From Amoebophrya sp. A120 (taxonomy: Eukaryota > Protista > Dinoflagellata): a DNA stretch of 64,000 bases. The position numbers and the translations under genes were made by a program. The notes under the pieces are model-generated. The model was not told the origin of the DNA. It searched no databases and saw only the letters and a program-made list of their open reading frames with translations. Position 1 is the first letter of the stretch; each line of letters opens with the position of its first letter. Positions 12,001 to 24,500 of the stretch are shown in pieces. The stretch spans positions 124,001 to 188,000 of the forward strand of contig CAJINV010000015.1 in NCBI GenBank assembly GCA_905178155.1. Direction: 5' to 3'.

Positions 12001-14506
12001 GGGCCTTTTATTGTCCGTGTTATAGCGACAAGGGAAGCCCAAACTCGAACACAGCACGGGAGTTTTTGACTTGCCTAGTGCACAAGTGGCACTCTCGTCC
12101 TGCAGGTTGTTTGTGTTGCTTCTAGACAAGACATCATGCCTTTTGAACGAAAATGAGGAAGAGAGGGGAGTTGTGCGCTACTCTCGACATACCAGCTGTT
12201 GATTCACGCGGAGCTTTTTTTTCAGCAAATAATCAAGTTCGGCCTGTAGTTCATCTGCTGGCTCAGCTGTGGCCGACGGGCCACGACCCTGCGGTCTCTG
12301 ATTTGCTCTGTCGTGAGCTTCCTTGGCTTCGTTATCCTCCTCTTCCGAATCCCAGTAGTCTGATTCTTGCAGCTCATCTTCGCGGCCCCTTTGCAGTCTC
12401 ATCTCTTCCAAAATCATCTCGTACCGCCCCTGCGCCCGCAAATTCCCGTAGCTCCAGACGGTTACTTTGAACAAATATCGGGGGGCGCCGGCAGATGTTG
12501 GGAGGACTACACTCTCCACTGTGGATATCCAAGAAAAAAAGTGTGTAAGTGTAGTAACTTTTTTATTGCAGGAATAGTATCACAGATTTGCTTTGCATGA
12601 CAGAGAAAACCTGTCATGCGTAGCTAGTACGCGAAAACACATATGAAAATAGCCTCTGATGCACATCCAGCATGACAAGTGTAACTGTTTTGCATTTTCT
12701 GCATCACAGATTTACACTTGCACAGTGTTTTTTTTTGCATAGTGGAGTCATGCTCCAGAAACAGCTCCTTCCACTCGAGGCGACGACTTACCTCCGCACC
12801 GGCCACATCATTTGATATTCCAGTAGCTGCGCCACTAGCCGCCTGCCGTGCAATATACTCCTGCTCCTCCGCCAGCGTTAGCCCTGTTTTCGCGAAAGCT
12901 AAAGTGGTCACGACGTTCTTCTGCAACGCGGACTTAATGCTGTTGCCTCTCTCGACGTCCCCAAGATCCGTCCGCCAATTCGTCCACTTATACATCGGCT
13001 GCAGCAGCATGACAAACGTTGCCTGCCACGAGCCGCTCCGCTCCGCGAGGCTGGACCCGGTTCCGTACGGAGTCAAAAGCACCTCCCCCCGGTGAATTTG
13101 GGATTGGGAAGTGATGGGAAAGAGCGAGAACTCGGAGTAAGTAGAGAACAAATCTACGTCCTCCTCGGAAGTAGTAGGACTAGCATCGTTCATATCTTCA
13201 CAGACGAGCGGTTTTGTCATGTGAAAAAAATGGTAATCTGCGAGAACTTTTTCTTTCCCTGGTCCGGTCTCGCTCTCAGGCGTTCTTTCCTCCACTACCA
13301 AATCATCTGCGGTGATTTCAACGGCATCTTCTTCTTCTGCAGCAGCTCCACGACCTTCCGTTCGTTCTCGTTCCGCAAGGGCGTCATCGCTCACCGACAG
13401 GGCGGAGAGAGAGTCGGCGGCGTCGGCGACTGCTGGATCCTCTTCTTCGTCTGCTTCTTCCTGGGCACCACTACGTTCTACTTCCTGGGCAGTACCACCA
13501 TCGAGGAACTGCGGTGGCATAGCCCACGAGCCGACGGGTAGGAAAGCTTCGTCGTCTTCCTCGTCATCTTCTTCCAGGTCATCTCTGCAGGGGTCCCCCT
13601 CCAGGTCCCCATGCTCCGATCCCGGCGCCTGTATCCTGAGTAAAAACGTCCCCACACCAGAGTCAGGATGGGGATTTTGCAACACAAACCTAGGAGCTTT
13701 GGGAGTCACGCATGACAAGTTGCACTCCGCAGTGTAGTGCAGGTTAGCAAGTGCAGCCGCATCACAGATTCATCTGCTCATCCTGTTCACAGCATCACAA
13801 ATTCCAAAACACGCTTGGAAATGGCTCTCATGGGGATGCGCATTACAAGTCTTACTGTCTTTGCAAATCTGCATTACAACTCTGGTGTGGGCACGTTTTT
13901 ACTCAGGATAGCCTGCGTCTCGACTTCATCCAGATCATCTAGATTTCGGTCGGAGGTTATTACAATGAAAAATGCCCCATCCCCGAACTTGGCAGGATTT
14001 GTATTGCAAACCTATGCAAATGAAACATTCGCCCTCGTGCATCTATCAGCATCACAGGTTTCCAATCGTGAATAGCAAAAATCTGTATTGCAAAGGACCC
14101 CAGCAAGAGCGGCGCTTGTCATGCAAGCAATGCGATACACGCCTAGAATCTGCATCAGAAAGATTCATACTCCTTTCATGCATGACAAAAAGTTTTCATT
14201 TGGAAACTTCGCATCACAAATTTTTGCAACTTTGGGGGTGGGGAAATTTTTCACTGTAATAGAGGTCGGGATTTTCAGGTTCAGCAGATACTCCTTGTTG
14301 CGATCCTTTCGCGAAACCAACCGCAAGTTGACAATCGGATCGCCGCTGCAGTTGAAGCAATCATCCGTGGTGATGCTCTGGATGGAAATGCCGTCGCCGA
14401 GATGTTTCTGTTCGTTCACGACAGCTGCCAGGGCCAAGGCGGTTTTCTCATTGCCACTGCTGCTGGCGAGCAGCAGAAGCAGGGTTCTTGCGAGAAAGTT
14501 TTGCAT
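1..14506 (-). CDS. Gene B: large multi-exon protein (>=2119 aa in window, 3' end off-window) with N-terminal signal-peptide-like segment, acidic tract and several PH-like domains; paralog of gene A
   Basis: ATG at 14506 (MQNFLARTLLLLLASSS). Removing 12 TIR elements (+1 TSD each) and the GT-AG intron 11925-12192 gives 6357 nt = 2119 codons. Junctions checked by hand are in frame (e.g. ...QIGNANCEQDCR..., ...AHQPLELWYKGRLEL..., ...DHDNSDPESLQLAF...). PH-like C-terminal helices: YLFETQSAEERDHWVTLIQQR, FVFTAPSEHVAAQWVKVLRKR, WDFKAVNCDQANVWEQQL. Confidence 0.85.
376..634. mobile_element. Introner, family A (non-canonical intron of gene B)
   Basis: TAT...ATA TIRs with TGTCTGGGTCTGG core; TSD tcgca/tcgca. 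Confidence 0.9.
1963..2112. mobile_element. Introner, family C
   Basis: TIR core TGCAAAAGTATCGTAC; TSD ccgct/ccgct. Confidence 0.9.
2161..2422. mobile_element. Introner, family A
   Basis: CAT...ATA ends; TSD caagg/caagg. Confidence 0.9.
2793..3059. mobile_element. Introner, family A
   Basis: TSD tctac/tctac; closely similar to 33516-33779. Confidence 0.9.
4007..4308. mobile_element. Introner, family B
   Basis: TIR TATCCT..AAACGTCCCCAC; TSD tcggg/tcggg. Confidence 0.9.
4387..9111 (+). mobile_element. Non-autonomous Helitron-like insertion carrying a satellite
   Basis: Inserted at A|T (ggttaga|tttgtaatg restores host consensus spacing). Perfect 10-bp GC hairpin gcgcggggac-tct-gtccccgcgc at 9078-9100, 11 nt before a CTTAG end. 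The 5' end is TT rather than the canonical TC. Confidence 0.6.
5305..8829. repeat. 19-bp tandem satellite (~185 copies) organised as a 38-bp dimer
   Basis: Units atctccttgacagcctcga and atctccttgacagcctcca alternate; gtcttgc variants occur near both edges. Confidence 0.98.
9339..9668. mobile_element. Introner, family E
   Basis: TIR core AAAAATCCCCCCTCCCCATA; TSD gactt/gagtt. Confidence 0.85.
10134..10407. mobile_element. Introner, family A
   Basis: TSD tctct/tctct. Confidence 0.9.
10468..10746. mobile_element. Introner, family B
   Basis: TAT...ACA ends; degenerate TSD tttcg/cttct. Confidence 0.85.
11925..12192 (-). other. Canonical GT-AG intron (268 nt) in gene B
   Basis: CTG|GTATGT ... 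CATAG|GGG joins NQQL to GERDAKEF in phase 0 and removes in-frame stops on both sides; no TIR. Confidence 0.75.
12526..12741. mobile_element. Introner, family D (subtype 2)
   Basis: TSD gtgga/gtgga; inverted relative of 20281-20492. Confidence 0.9.
13632..13910. mobile_element. Introner, family B
   Basis: Near-perfect ~32-bp TIR; TSD gcctg/gcctg; near-identical inverted copy at 30190-30468. Confidence 0.92.
13958..14261. mobile_element. Introner, family I (singleton)
   Basis: TIR TATTACAATGAAAAAT/ATTTTTCACTGTAATA; TSD gaggt/gaggt. Confidence 0.88.
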
Positions 14507-14704
14507 CGCCGCGTGCAGTGAGAGTATAGGAATTTATTTTTTTTACCGCCGCGGTAAAAATACTTTATTTTACACGACGAGAACAAGATGTGGAAAAGAT
14601 TAAATGCGGATTCACATGGTATACTTTATCCATCGCGTTCGATTCTCCTTCGGAGAACGGAGAGGGATGCTATCAAAATGGCGAACGAGCGAAGCCCTTA
14701 AGTT

Positions 14705-16346
14705 GATAGTACGTGTGGTTGAGACGAGGTGGTAGTAACAACTCGCTCCCACCGAGGGGTCCTGCAGACCACCTCAAGGGGAGGAGCGCGAGGGGGGGCG
14801 CCGCTTGGAGGCGTTCGTAGGTACCACTCGAAGGGGCGCCGCGGGAAGGCGCCCGCCCCCCGAGGCGCCCCGAAGGCACGCCGCGGGGCCTGGCGGGATG
14901 GAAGCGGAAATGCCCTGCATCAAGTTCGCGACGCCCGAGGCCCCACGCAAGGGGTATCGAAGGCCCCTCGAGCAGTGCCGGAGACTTCCCGAAGAGGTGT
15001 TGAAGACCCCCCCGTGGGGGCAGCACGGGGCGGGGCGCCGCTTGGAAGCGTCCGCCCGGCCGGGGCTCCCCGAAAGTCGCCCCCCCGGGGGGTATGGCGG
15101 CCGGGGATTTCGCAGAGGCGCAGGCAAGCCCGCGGGCTGAAGGCGAAGACCAAGCCTACGGGGTGCCGAAGATAGATAGCACGCGTGGTTGAGACGAGGT
15201 GGTGGTGACAACTCGCTCCTGTATATATAATTTCGCCTTCACTGCGCAATTCACCCATAGGATGAAGGCGCGCGCAACTGAATAGAAGCGCAAGTTGTGA
15301 GACAGAGCGCGCCTCAGACCGAATCGCACGATGCCCTGCGACGGTCACACTGGCAGCAAACAGAAAACCCGGCCGGCACAGCGAGTTACAGTGAGCAAGC
15401 CACGCAAGCCAGGCTCTCGAACCCCACAGAGCCACGTCCCGGACGTAAAGGTGGGCCAAGCCGTGGGACACGACATGGGCCGCCGGACGCGTTCCCCAAA
15501 TGTGACTAAATGCCGGGGCGGCCCGGAGCTGTCAGGGACAGAGAGCCGGGCGCGCGGGGCTGCGGAGCTAGGTAGCGAAATCGTGGAACAGTGCCGGCGC
15601 GTAATCCCTGCAGCGAAGTGAGGGGACCGGGCGAAGCTGTGGGGGTTTGCTCCCGGGTGTGTCTAGTGAATGTCTGCCCGGGAAAGTTCCACGGGCTTGT
15701 TACCAGGCGAAGACAGCGCAAAGCGCGGCGACGTGAACGTGATGCTTCAGCCCGAAGAATTTTGCTTCATCAGATCGGCAAAGCGCTCCCAGGCACGCTG
15801 GATGAATCGAACAACAACAGAGAAGTCCGCTACAGGAGAAGAAGCAATCAAGACTGCGCGAAGACGGACAGCTGACTACCCCTCGCCCCCACACCAACCG
15901 CTGAACCCCTTCGACTGTGCTCACTGCCTAAGCAATGAACACCGGCGGACCGACGCCGAGGAGCGAAGGACGGAGTTGCAGTGCCGGTAGGCAACGCAAC
16001 TCAGCTCTCCTTCCGAGTCAGCACTCCTGATACCCCTGCGCGAGAGGTCTGGTCACGTCGTGATGACACAACCAAACGTCAACGCAAAAGCTGCAACGAA
16101 GAAGTCACGAACCGCGAAAGGGCGCAACAACGACGTCGCGAACGCACGACCCCACCCCAACACCCGCAGGCGGCTTCATCGAAGTCACACACGCGGACGG
16201 AGGAGCACCTATATCAACCGGCGCCCCCGGTATGCGACCCACTGTCTACAGACCGCCGCCACCTGCGGGGCTGTGGGGCTGCGCGTCCAGGGTTGAGCAC
16301 GCATGGTTGAGACGAGGTGGTAGGAACAACTCGCTCCTGTATATAT
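14705..16346. repeat. Three ~45-54-bp direct repeats bounding GC-rich segments; probable retroelement relic
   Basis: tggttgagacgaggtggt..acaactcgctcc at 14705-14749, 15175-15228 and 16296-16346; degenerate CCHC-like CAHCLSNEHRRTDA near 15916-15957 (+). Confidence 0.6.
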
Positions 16347-18597
16347 CTGGTTCTTTTTCTGTTGAAAATTGTATCGAAAGTCAGTTACTAATACTATTAA
16401 TCGTGTGCGTGTAGGCGTTTATGTGAAAATGTGATGAGTGCGCAACTGTGTGCTCTACTACTTTTCCATCAAGACAAAAATATGGCTTTCCGCCTCTGGC
16501 CCAACATATGTATTTTTTTTGGGTCTAGATTAACGAGGTTGTTAGTCGTAGCTTGTGGATAGAAGTAACTTGTGCCTGTAAGAAAGTTGGTGCGTTGGGG
16601 TTACTACATGTGGAATAAATCTGTTCTAAGTAAAGTATTTTTGTTCTGTACACAACTCCACCTCGAATATGTTTTCTCTTGCTATCTCTATCTATGAAAC
16701 AAAAGCGAATTTTGTATGATTTTCCTAGATGAAATGTTGCGCTTCAGATACAGTCAGGACTGGGGTTAGTGGTCACGAAGATTGTCTTCACATTCAGGTT
16801 TATCGTGAGCCGTACCCACCACGCATATTTATCGAGCTGTGATGGTGTGCCAGCGTGTACTAGGGGAGGCGGAGAGGCGGATTAATACTGCAAGTAGAGC
16901 GTTCATCCCACTGTAGCTCAGGTACTACAGGTTGAGCACGCCCAACAGATTTTCGAGCACGTCGGCTACAAGACAGCGGCGATCTGTGCTGCACATCACG
17001 TATAATACAATTTGGGATCAATAGCACCACGCGTTGCCAGAGAGAAAAGATGAGATCTGTAGTTCTACCTACTTATTGAATGCCGGCGAGAGCAGCTGGG
17101 GCACTTGATCTGCAGAGATCTGAGTCCTCACCGTGCTTCGTCACTTGATGTTGAGAGCTCACTACTATTAACTCCCACTTGCTTCCTCGTCCATGAAACA
17201 AGATCCTTCACAAGGACCACCACACGGCACACGCTAATCCAGTGCAAAGACTTCTTCATTCGATCATCTTTTCATCTGTGCCGTGTTCATCGGACACCAT
17301 CTTCCGGAGCGTGCTAGGAACAAGAACCCCTGTGTTGAGCGTGCCGTTCATCGGTCTTGATCTTTTTGTGCTTTTTTCACGAAACACGCGGTCCGGAGTG
17401 CTCTCATAAGTAGTACTAGCATAACATCAGGGGCCGTAATGGGCCAACGCCAGGTGGCGAGTGCTTCTGCATCTTCTGCGAGCAGATTTAAAGCTTCTCT
17501 GACTGTCCGTGTGCTTCTTGCTTCTTGGGCTCCTGAAAAAGCATCTTTCTCATGCGCGTTCTTTCATCATGGCAAAAACTACATCGAGTTGTGTATGAAA
17601 ATTCGGTGCAACAATCGTTGCAAGTATCTTCCATTTCTGCTAAAGCGCTAGATGTGTCGAAGCCTCCGCATCATCCTCCTACAAATACTTCTATGATGTT
17701 GTCATTATTTATGCCTGCGGTAGTTGCTCAGAAGTTCATTGAAGGCGAAAAAGGACGGGTGACTTTCTTTCTGGCAATCAGATCGAACTATATCATGATG
17801 TTTGAAAAGACGGGCACTATATTCCCTCTTCTGTTGTGAGTTCGCGGCGTGCAGCAAATGTGGTATGCGTTGTACTCGACATGCGTAGTTGTTGTACTTA
17901 CGTCCCGTCACCACTGCTTTCTGTTCTCGTCCTTGTGGTCATGCCAAGAAAACGCCCGGGGAAAACGGCTTCCCATAGACATCTTCTGTGGAAATACTCT
18001 GCGACATAACTTTTGTATAAATCTCGCTCAAAAAGCAAAAGCGGCAATGGGTGAATATGAATCGCTGTGTTGGGAGCTGCCCGCGATCGGACCGATGAGT
18101 CAAAGTCGTCTCTTCGGTTCAAATAAATCGTTGATTGAGTATAGTAGGCGTGCGTGACTGCTTATCCTCATGCTAAAACTCTTCTACATTTTTTGTATCA
18201 ACATGTAGCCTTGCATTCTACATCTATGGTGGTGATTCTCTAGCGCGTTAGAATCTCACCGAATTCTACACTAAGCTGAGGGGTGGAAAAGCTTGGGGAA
18301 AAAATTTTGTCGAAATTATCAAAGCGCGACACTTTTTTTCATTTTTTCTTTTGGTTGACCTTGTAGGTAACTTCGCAGGTCAAGCTAAGGATACGGACCT
18401 CAGCTGCTGCTGGTATTGAACTTTTCACGATATTTTGGTTTTTGTCATTGGATGTTTATTGCATAAAATCGAGTTAAGTAATATGAAGCCGTGGTAGAGC
18501 AGGGTACTAAAACGTGTTTACTCACGTGTCTTGTACACGTGGTCCTGGGCCCCACGACGCTTATGGTCTGCTTAGCTGTTCCTGAAGATTTACTTCT

Positions 18598-21500
18598 TCA
18601 CCCGAACACGTCCCGCTCTGCCGAATACGGCTCCGGACCTCCTGCCGCTCCAACTCCCGCCGCTTGGGCAGCCGCAGTAACACCACCGAAGAACCCGGCC
18701 ATCATCTGGGGAAAATTATCCATTCCCGCGAAGCCACACACCAAGCGGAAGAAGATCTGCAAGGGGTGGTCCTTGTACTCCGGCCCGAAGAGGGCTAGCT
18801 CCTTGTCCTTCGTGCTGTTCTCCTGCAAAATCGCCGCGAAGGTGATCGCGAACCCCTTAAACGCCTCCTCCTGCAGCAATTTGTTTCGCGTCAGGTCGAG
18901 CGAGTAGGACACTTTGATCGCGGTCTGCTGCGGGGGTAACGTTTGCAGTGGCTGTATCCTGAGCAAAAACGCTCCCATCCCAGAGTTGTGATGCAAGTTT
19001 GCATGCCAGAAACGTTTGTTCTCATGCGGAGACCCATGAGAAGCATTTGCTTTTGGTGCTTTGAGATTTGTGATGCTCAAATCGGCATGATATGCGAGAT
19101 CTGTGATGTTGCTGCACTGGCTAAAGACGACAAAGTAAAGCGCGAGTCTAAATTTGTCATGCGCAACAACCAAAGCTTGCTGATTTGTCTAGCAGGTTTC
19201 CCACCTTGAATACGGGGTGTTGACGTTTTTTGCTCAGGATAGGCTTCGCGTTGCGCTGCACGAACGCGACGATGCTGCGCCGCACTCGCTCCACCTTCTC
19301 CATGGGGTCCGCGACGTACCGCTTAAAGGAGTCCGACCGGAAATATTCCCACTTTGCGTTTTCCCGCAACTCGCGATTCACGTGGGTGAAAACTTTGTTC
19401 ACCAGTTCTTCTGTGAAGAACCCACCTGTCGCCTGGCTCAGGCCGGCCACCGAAGCGTATTGTTCATCGCGCCTGGAGATGCCGGCCGGCGAGCCCTTGA
19501 TGAGGTCCATCCACCTGTGGAGAATCTCGGCCACCACACTGTTCATCACGGTGCGCATAATCATGACGTTGAGCAAATGGACCCCGGATTTCGTCGGGAT
19601 CACCAGTTTATGCATTGCAAATATGTCATCTGAGTCTGGAAGATTCTGAGACTTGTCATGCACGTTTTGCATGAGCCATGACGTCTGTGATGCATGCCCT
19701 AGCATCACAGATTTCTTGAGGGCCTCTTGATGCCTATTCCGCATGACAAATGCACTCTCCGCGTAGCAAGAATTGCATTCCTTTTGCTGCTCATGCAATA
19801 CAGATTTTTTTAGAATCCAAATGCAGCATCACAAGTTCGGATTGTTCCAGACCCAGACATATTTGCATTTGATACAGTTGCCCGTGCCACTCGGAGTCCG
19901 TGGGGAGTAGCAAGTCTTCGAAGAAGAACTGCTTCGCCTTCTTCGTCACCACGTGGTGTATCCCACGAAAAAACTGTTTCACTGTGATGGTTTTGCAAGA
20001 TCTGCATCACAAGTTTGTTACACATGACACTGAAAATTTGCCATGCGCGTTTCCCAAGCGAAAAGACGCTTAAAAATCCATGGTATTGCAGGTGTAGCAA
20101 GACAAACACTTTGGTGTTTCGTTCTCTGCATCACAAGTTCACAGTGAAACAGTTTTTTCTTGCGATATGGTGTTCCAAATAGTCTATGAAATCATCCGCA
20201 TCGTTGATATCGGCTAAGCCCTTCCGGTTCCGGTACTCTCTGGACTTGATCTTCTCTTCCGTATCCTCCGCGGTCTTTTCTATGCAAGCAAAAAACTATG
20301 TGAGTGTAAGTCTGTGATGCAGAAAATGCAAAACTGTTACACTTGTCATGCTGGATGTGTGTCATAGGCTACTCTCATACGTGTTTCCACGTACTAGCTG
20401 CGCATGACAGGTTCTTTTCCCTGTAATGCAAAGCGAACTTGTGTTGCTGTTTTTCCTACAAAGGTACACTTGCACAGTTTTTTTGCTGGATATTTTCCAA
20501 GCCTCTCACGATCGACTTCCAGGCGACGAACATGTTTTCGTCTTTCACAATCAAGTCTATCCTGTGCAAAAACATCCCCACACCATAGTCAAGATGAGAA
20601 GTCTGCAACACAAATCCCAAAGTTTTTTGAGTTCTGCATGACAAATCTGGCGCCATAGTGTAATCCTGTTTACTTAGCTAGTTAAGCCGCAGCACAGATG
20701 TAGCACATCATGCCGATTGGAGCATAACAAATTGCCAAAGACCACTAAAAAATGCCTCTCATGGGACTCCGCATGAGAAGCATTTTTACCGTGCAGATCT
20801 GCATGACAACTCTGGGGTGGGGACGTTTTTACATAGGATAAAGTCACCGGACTCATCTTCCTCGACATCCTTGCCGCTGGCGCGCATGCGGTCCCGCAGC
20901 ATTTTTTTCGTGTCAAAGTGGTTCGTTTCGGATCCAAACATCCAAGTCTGCATCGTGTTCAAGTAAAACACAGTCCTCTTCAGCTGGGAGTACGCATATT
21001 CCAGTTTGAACGCGGTCGGGATGTACTGCGTTCCACTACCATCCTTCTTGGTTAGCACCTGCAAATTACTCGTGTGTGGGTTCACGGTCGATAGTATTGA
21101 GAGGAAAAAACCCCCCTCCCCATATCGAACAGGTACGCTTCCGAAAATTTGTCTTGCTGATTTGAGACCACAAATCACGTCTGTCTTGCAAGAAGACAAA
21201 TGCAGAGGCTTCCGCGCCATTATGGAAGCGCTTTGGCATGCTGTTGGGCCTAGAGGACAGCCGTAGGCCTAGACCCAAACGTCCCTCTCTAGGGTGCGGA
21301 TCTGGCTGCGATTCCGTATTGCAAGATAGCGCGCATTTGTGTACACAAATCCTGCATCACAGATTTCCCATTCGATATGGGGTGGGGGCTTTTTTCATTT
21401 TGATAGATAAGAGCCACGAGTCCCAGGCTGAGAGCTTCATCTCTGTGCCGTCCTGCCGGATGCCGGTCTTGTGTTGGTGCTCGGTCACATGGTCTTGTTG

Positions 21501-24500
21501 GTCGAACACCAGTTTCGCCGCTTTGTCTTCTTCCAGAACGTACAGTAATTGCCGCGACCGCTTGGAGAAGAGGGAAAAGGTATATGTGATTTTCACAACT
21601 CCCAGCAGGTGGCTGTCTTTCATGTAGTCGACCGTACTTCGCATCGCTTCCACCACCGGGTTGCATTTGCCATTCTCCCCCTCCGGAAGCTTCTTGCCCA
21701 TCCAGTCGAAAATCAGCAGCATCGACTCCCCGCAGGACCGTTCTTCCTCGCCTGCATCATCGCCGGACACAAAACTCGAGAGCTGTTGCAGCGCCTCGGT
21801 GACGCGGAAGTCTTCCCGTGTCGACAACAATTTTGACACCGGGGTCGGCATAGTGGCCAGGGCCGTGTCCAAACTGCCTTGCAAAAACCCCGGGTTCTCT
21901 GCGTGCCAGTCCTCGACTTGCTCTGCCGTCTTAAACACGTTGTTCGATGGAAGATCTCGTTGAAGTGGGAAACGGTTACTCACTTCCTCGTTCACATTGA
22001 GCTCCAGTTTTGCCAGCACCGCGTGCTTCATCTGGTTGATGAGTTCGTCCACCTTCTGCTTCGTCTCTTGGGCAGTCACGTATGAAGTGCAAATCTGTCA
22101 GGGTCTGGAAGAGTGGATCTTGTAATGCGTATCTTGTATTCGTGGAAAATCTGTGTTGCATGAGCAGCAAAAGAAAAGCTTCCTTTGTCATGCAAAAACG
22201 CGATTTGTAATGCGTGCTAGGCATCAACAGGCCTCTGAAAAGCTTGTCATGCCTGGCTGTCATTGCAAGCGCTTCAATCATGCGCAACTCAGCATCACAG
22301 GTGTCCAGACCCAGACATATTTGCACTTCATATCATGCCCGGGATGGCAACGCCGGTCGGGTACAGCGTCTTGACAAACTGGGTTGTCCCCTCGTGAATG
22401 ATCTCGCGAGCGGGATTTATCCTGAGTAAAAACGTCCCCACACCAGAGTCAAGATGGGAAATCTGCTAGACAAATCGGCAAGCTTTGGGAGTTGTGCATG
22501 ACAAGTTTCCGTCTGTAGTATAGTGGTGCATAGCAAGGCAAGCCGCATGAGAAAGCCAATTTCTCATCCTGTTTACAGCATTACAAATGCCAAACAACGA
22601 GTGGAAATACCTCTCATGGGGATGCGCATTGCAAATGTTCCTGTCATTGCGCATTTGCATTACAACTCTGGGGTGGGGACGTTTTTACAAAGGATAGGAT
22701 TTAAGATGTGTTCTTCCCACTGCTGCAACGCCTGGGTTCGCACCGAAACCTCCTGCGACAGACCCATTTGCTGCAGCATCACATTGTTTACCATGGGGCA
22801 GTCTCTCTCCAGGGCCTCCTGGCCTGCAATCGCAGCTCTCAACTTCTCCTCGCCGGTATGCCTTGCTGCTTGCGCCTTGTCATATCATATGTGAAAACGT
22901 CCCCACGACCCCAGAGTCAAGTTGGGAACTTTTAGCAACACAAATCCAAGAGTTTTGGGAGCCACGGACGTGTGACAAATTGCACTCCGTAGTGTAGTAG
23001 TGCATGTTAGCAAGGACAACAGCATCACAAATCCACCTGCTGATCCTGTTTACAGCATCACAAATTCCAGAACACGATTGGAAATGCCTCTCATGGGGAT
23101 GCGCATTACAAATCTTCCTGTGACTGCAAATCTGCTTGACAACAATGTATGGTGTGGGGACGCTTTTACTCAGGATATGTCAAGAATGTTCATTAACGAC
23201 TTGTAGGCCTCCGTCGCGACCATCTTCCCCCACACCAGGGAAACAAAGCCGCCGAGAAAGGCATCGAAAGCTTTCTTTTGGAACTTGTTGGCCACATCAC
23301 TTGTTCTCGAAGCAGCTCCTGTCATACTGTCGTCCTGCACCACGTTCGTGACCAGCAACGTCACACCGGTCGAGACCCCGGCCATCATTGCGTCCATGTG
23401 CTTTTTATCAAGTGCAAAAATGTCTGGGTCTGGAAGAGTGTAAACTTGTCATGCAGATTTTGCATGACCCCTGAGGTCTGGAATGCGGGACCTAGCATGA
23501 CAGACTCTGCGAGGTCTCTGATTTGATTTGATTTGATTTGATTTGCACACTTACAGTCTGTTTACCGTGCGAGGCACGTTTGTCAGAGATCGTCTGTCGA
23601 TCGTACTTAGCTCTTGACTGGAGGTGTCAAGCAGCTCGTGCTCCTGGCTGAAGTGGTGCCAGGCAGCACCATCAGTGTTTTTTCCATTTTTCCAGAACGT
23701 GAATGGAGTGCACTACTAAAGCTCATGCGTGTCTTTCATCACGCATCATCTTCTTCAAACATGAGCCCCAGAGTAGGCTCGCACAGGACTGTCGTGCTTG
23801 CTGTGCGTCGTTATCGCGTGGTTGTGTGTGTCGGTGAAGGCGTAGATGATGATGAAGAACAGCACTGGCGTTGTGACACAAGTCGAAAGACGGTGCCACT
23901 ACTGCTGCTTCCCTCCGTTGCCCTTCTTGCCGCCCTTGCCCTTGCCCTTGCCCTTCTTGCCGCCCTTCTTTTTCACGTTGCCGTTACCATTGGCATGGCC
24001 ACCGTTGTCGTATTCCTTCGGCTTGCCCATCTGCATCGGTTTCAACTTCAGACTACGACTGAAGTACTTGCGGAAGGGATTGTTGTCGACGACACGGGCC
24101 AGATCCATCACCTTGCTGTGGTGCTCGCCGAGGTGAAACACGATCTGGATCCAGTTGTTGTTCTTCCAGTTGATGTACTCAACCAGTTCCGGGGCGTCCG
24201 AGATCGAACGCCACAAGTCCACAAAAGCATCCTTCTTGGCGGCGAAATCGGCTTTCTGGGCGTCGGTCCAGTCGTCCTGGAGCTCCTTGAGCTCGGTGGT
24301 ACCGTCGTCCTTGGTCTGGTACTCCATCTGCTTGGCCGACGGCTGGGCACCCTGGAAATGAGTACCCATCAGACGCAAGAACGTCTTCTTCTGCTCCTTG
24401 TCGAAGTTCTGCAGGAAGTCGCCGTTGGGGGAGTTGTCTTTCCGCGGCCAGCGGATCTCCGGGTGGTTGAACTGCACCATCAGGCAGCGCTCTTTTTCGA

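Noticed and set aside
14672-14690. Possible dinoflagellate spliced-leader relic (gccattttg on minus strand)
   Set aside because: Only 9 nt match; flanks disagree with the 22-nt leader
15720-15780. Hammerhead-like CTGATGA on minus strand
   Set aside because: Followed by GAAG not GAAA, and no convincing stems I/III
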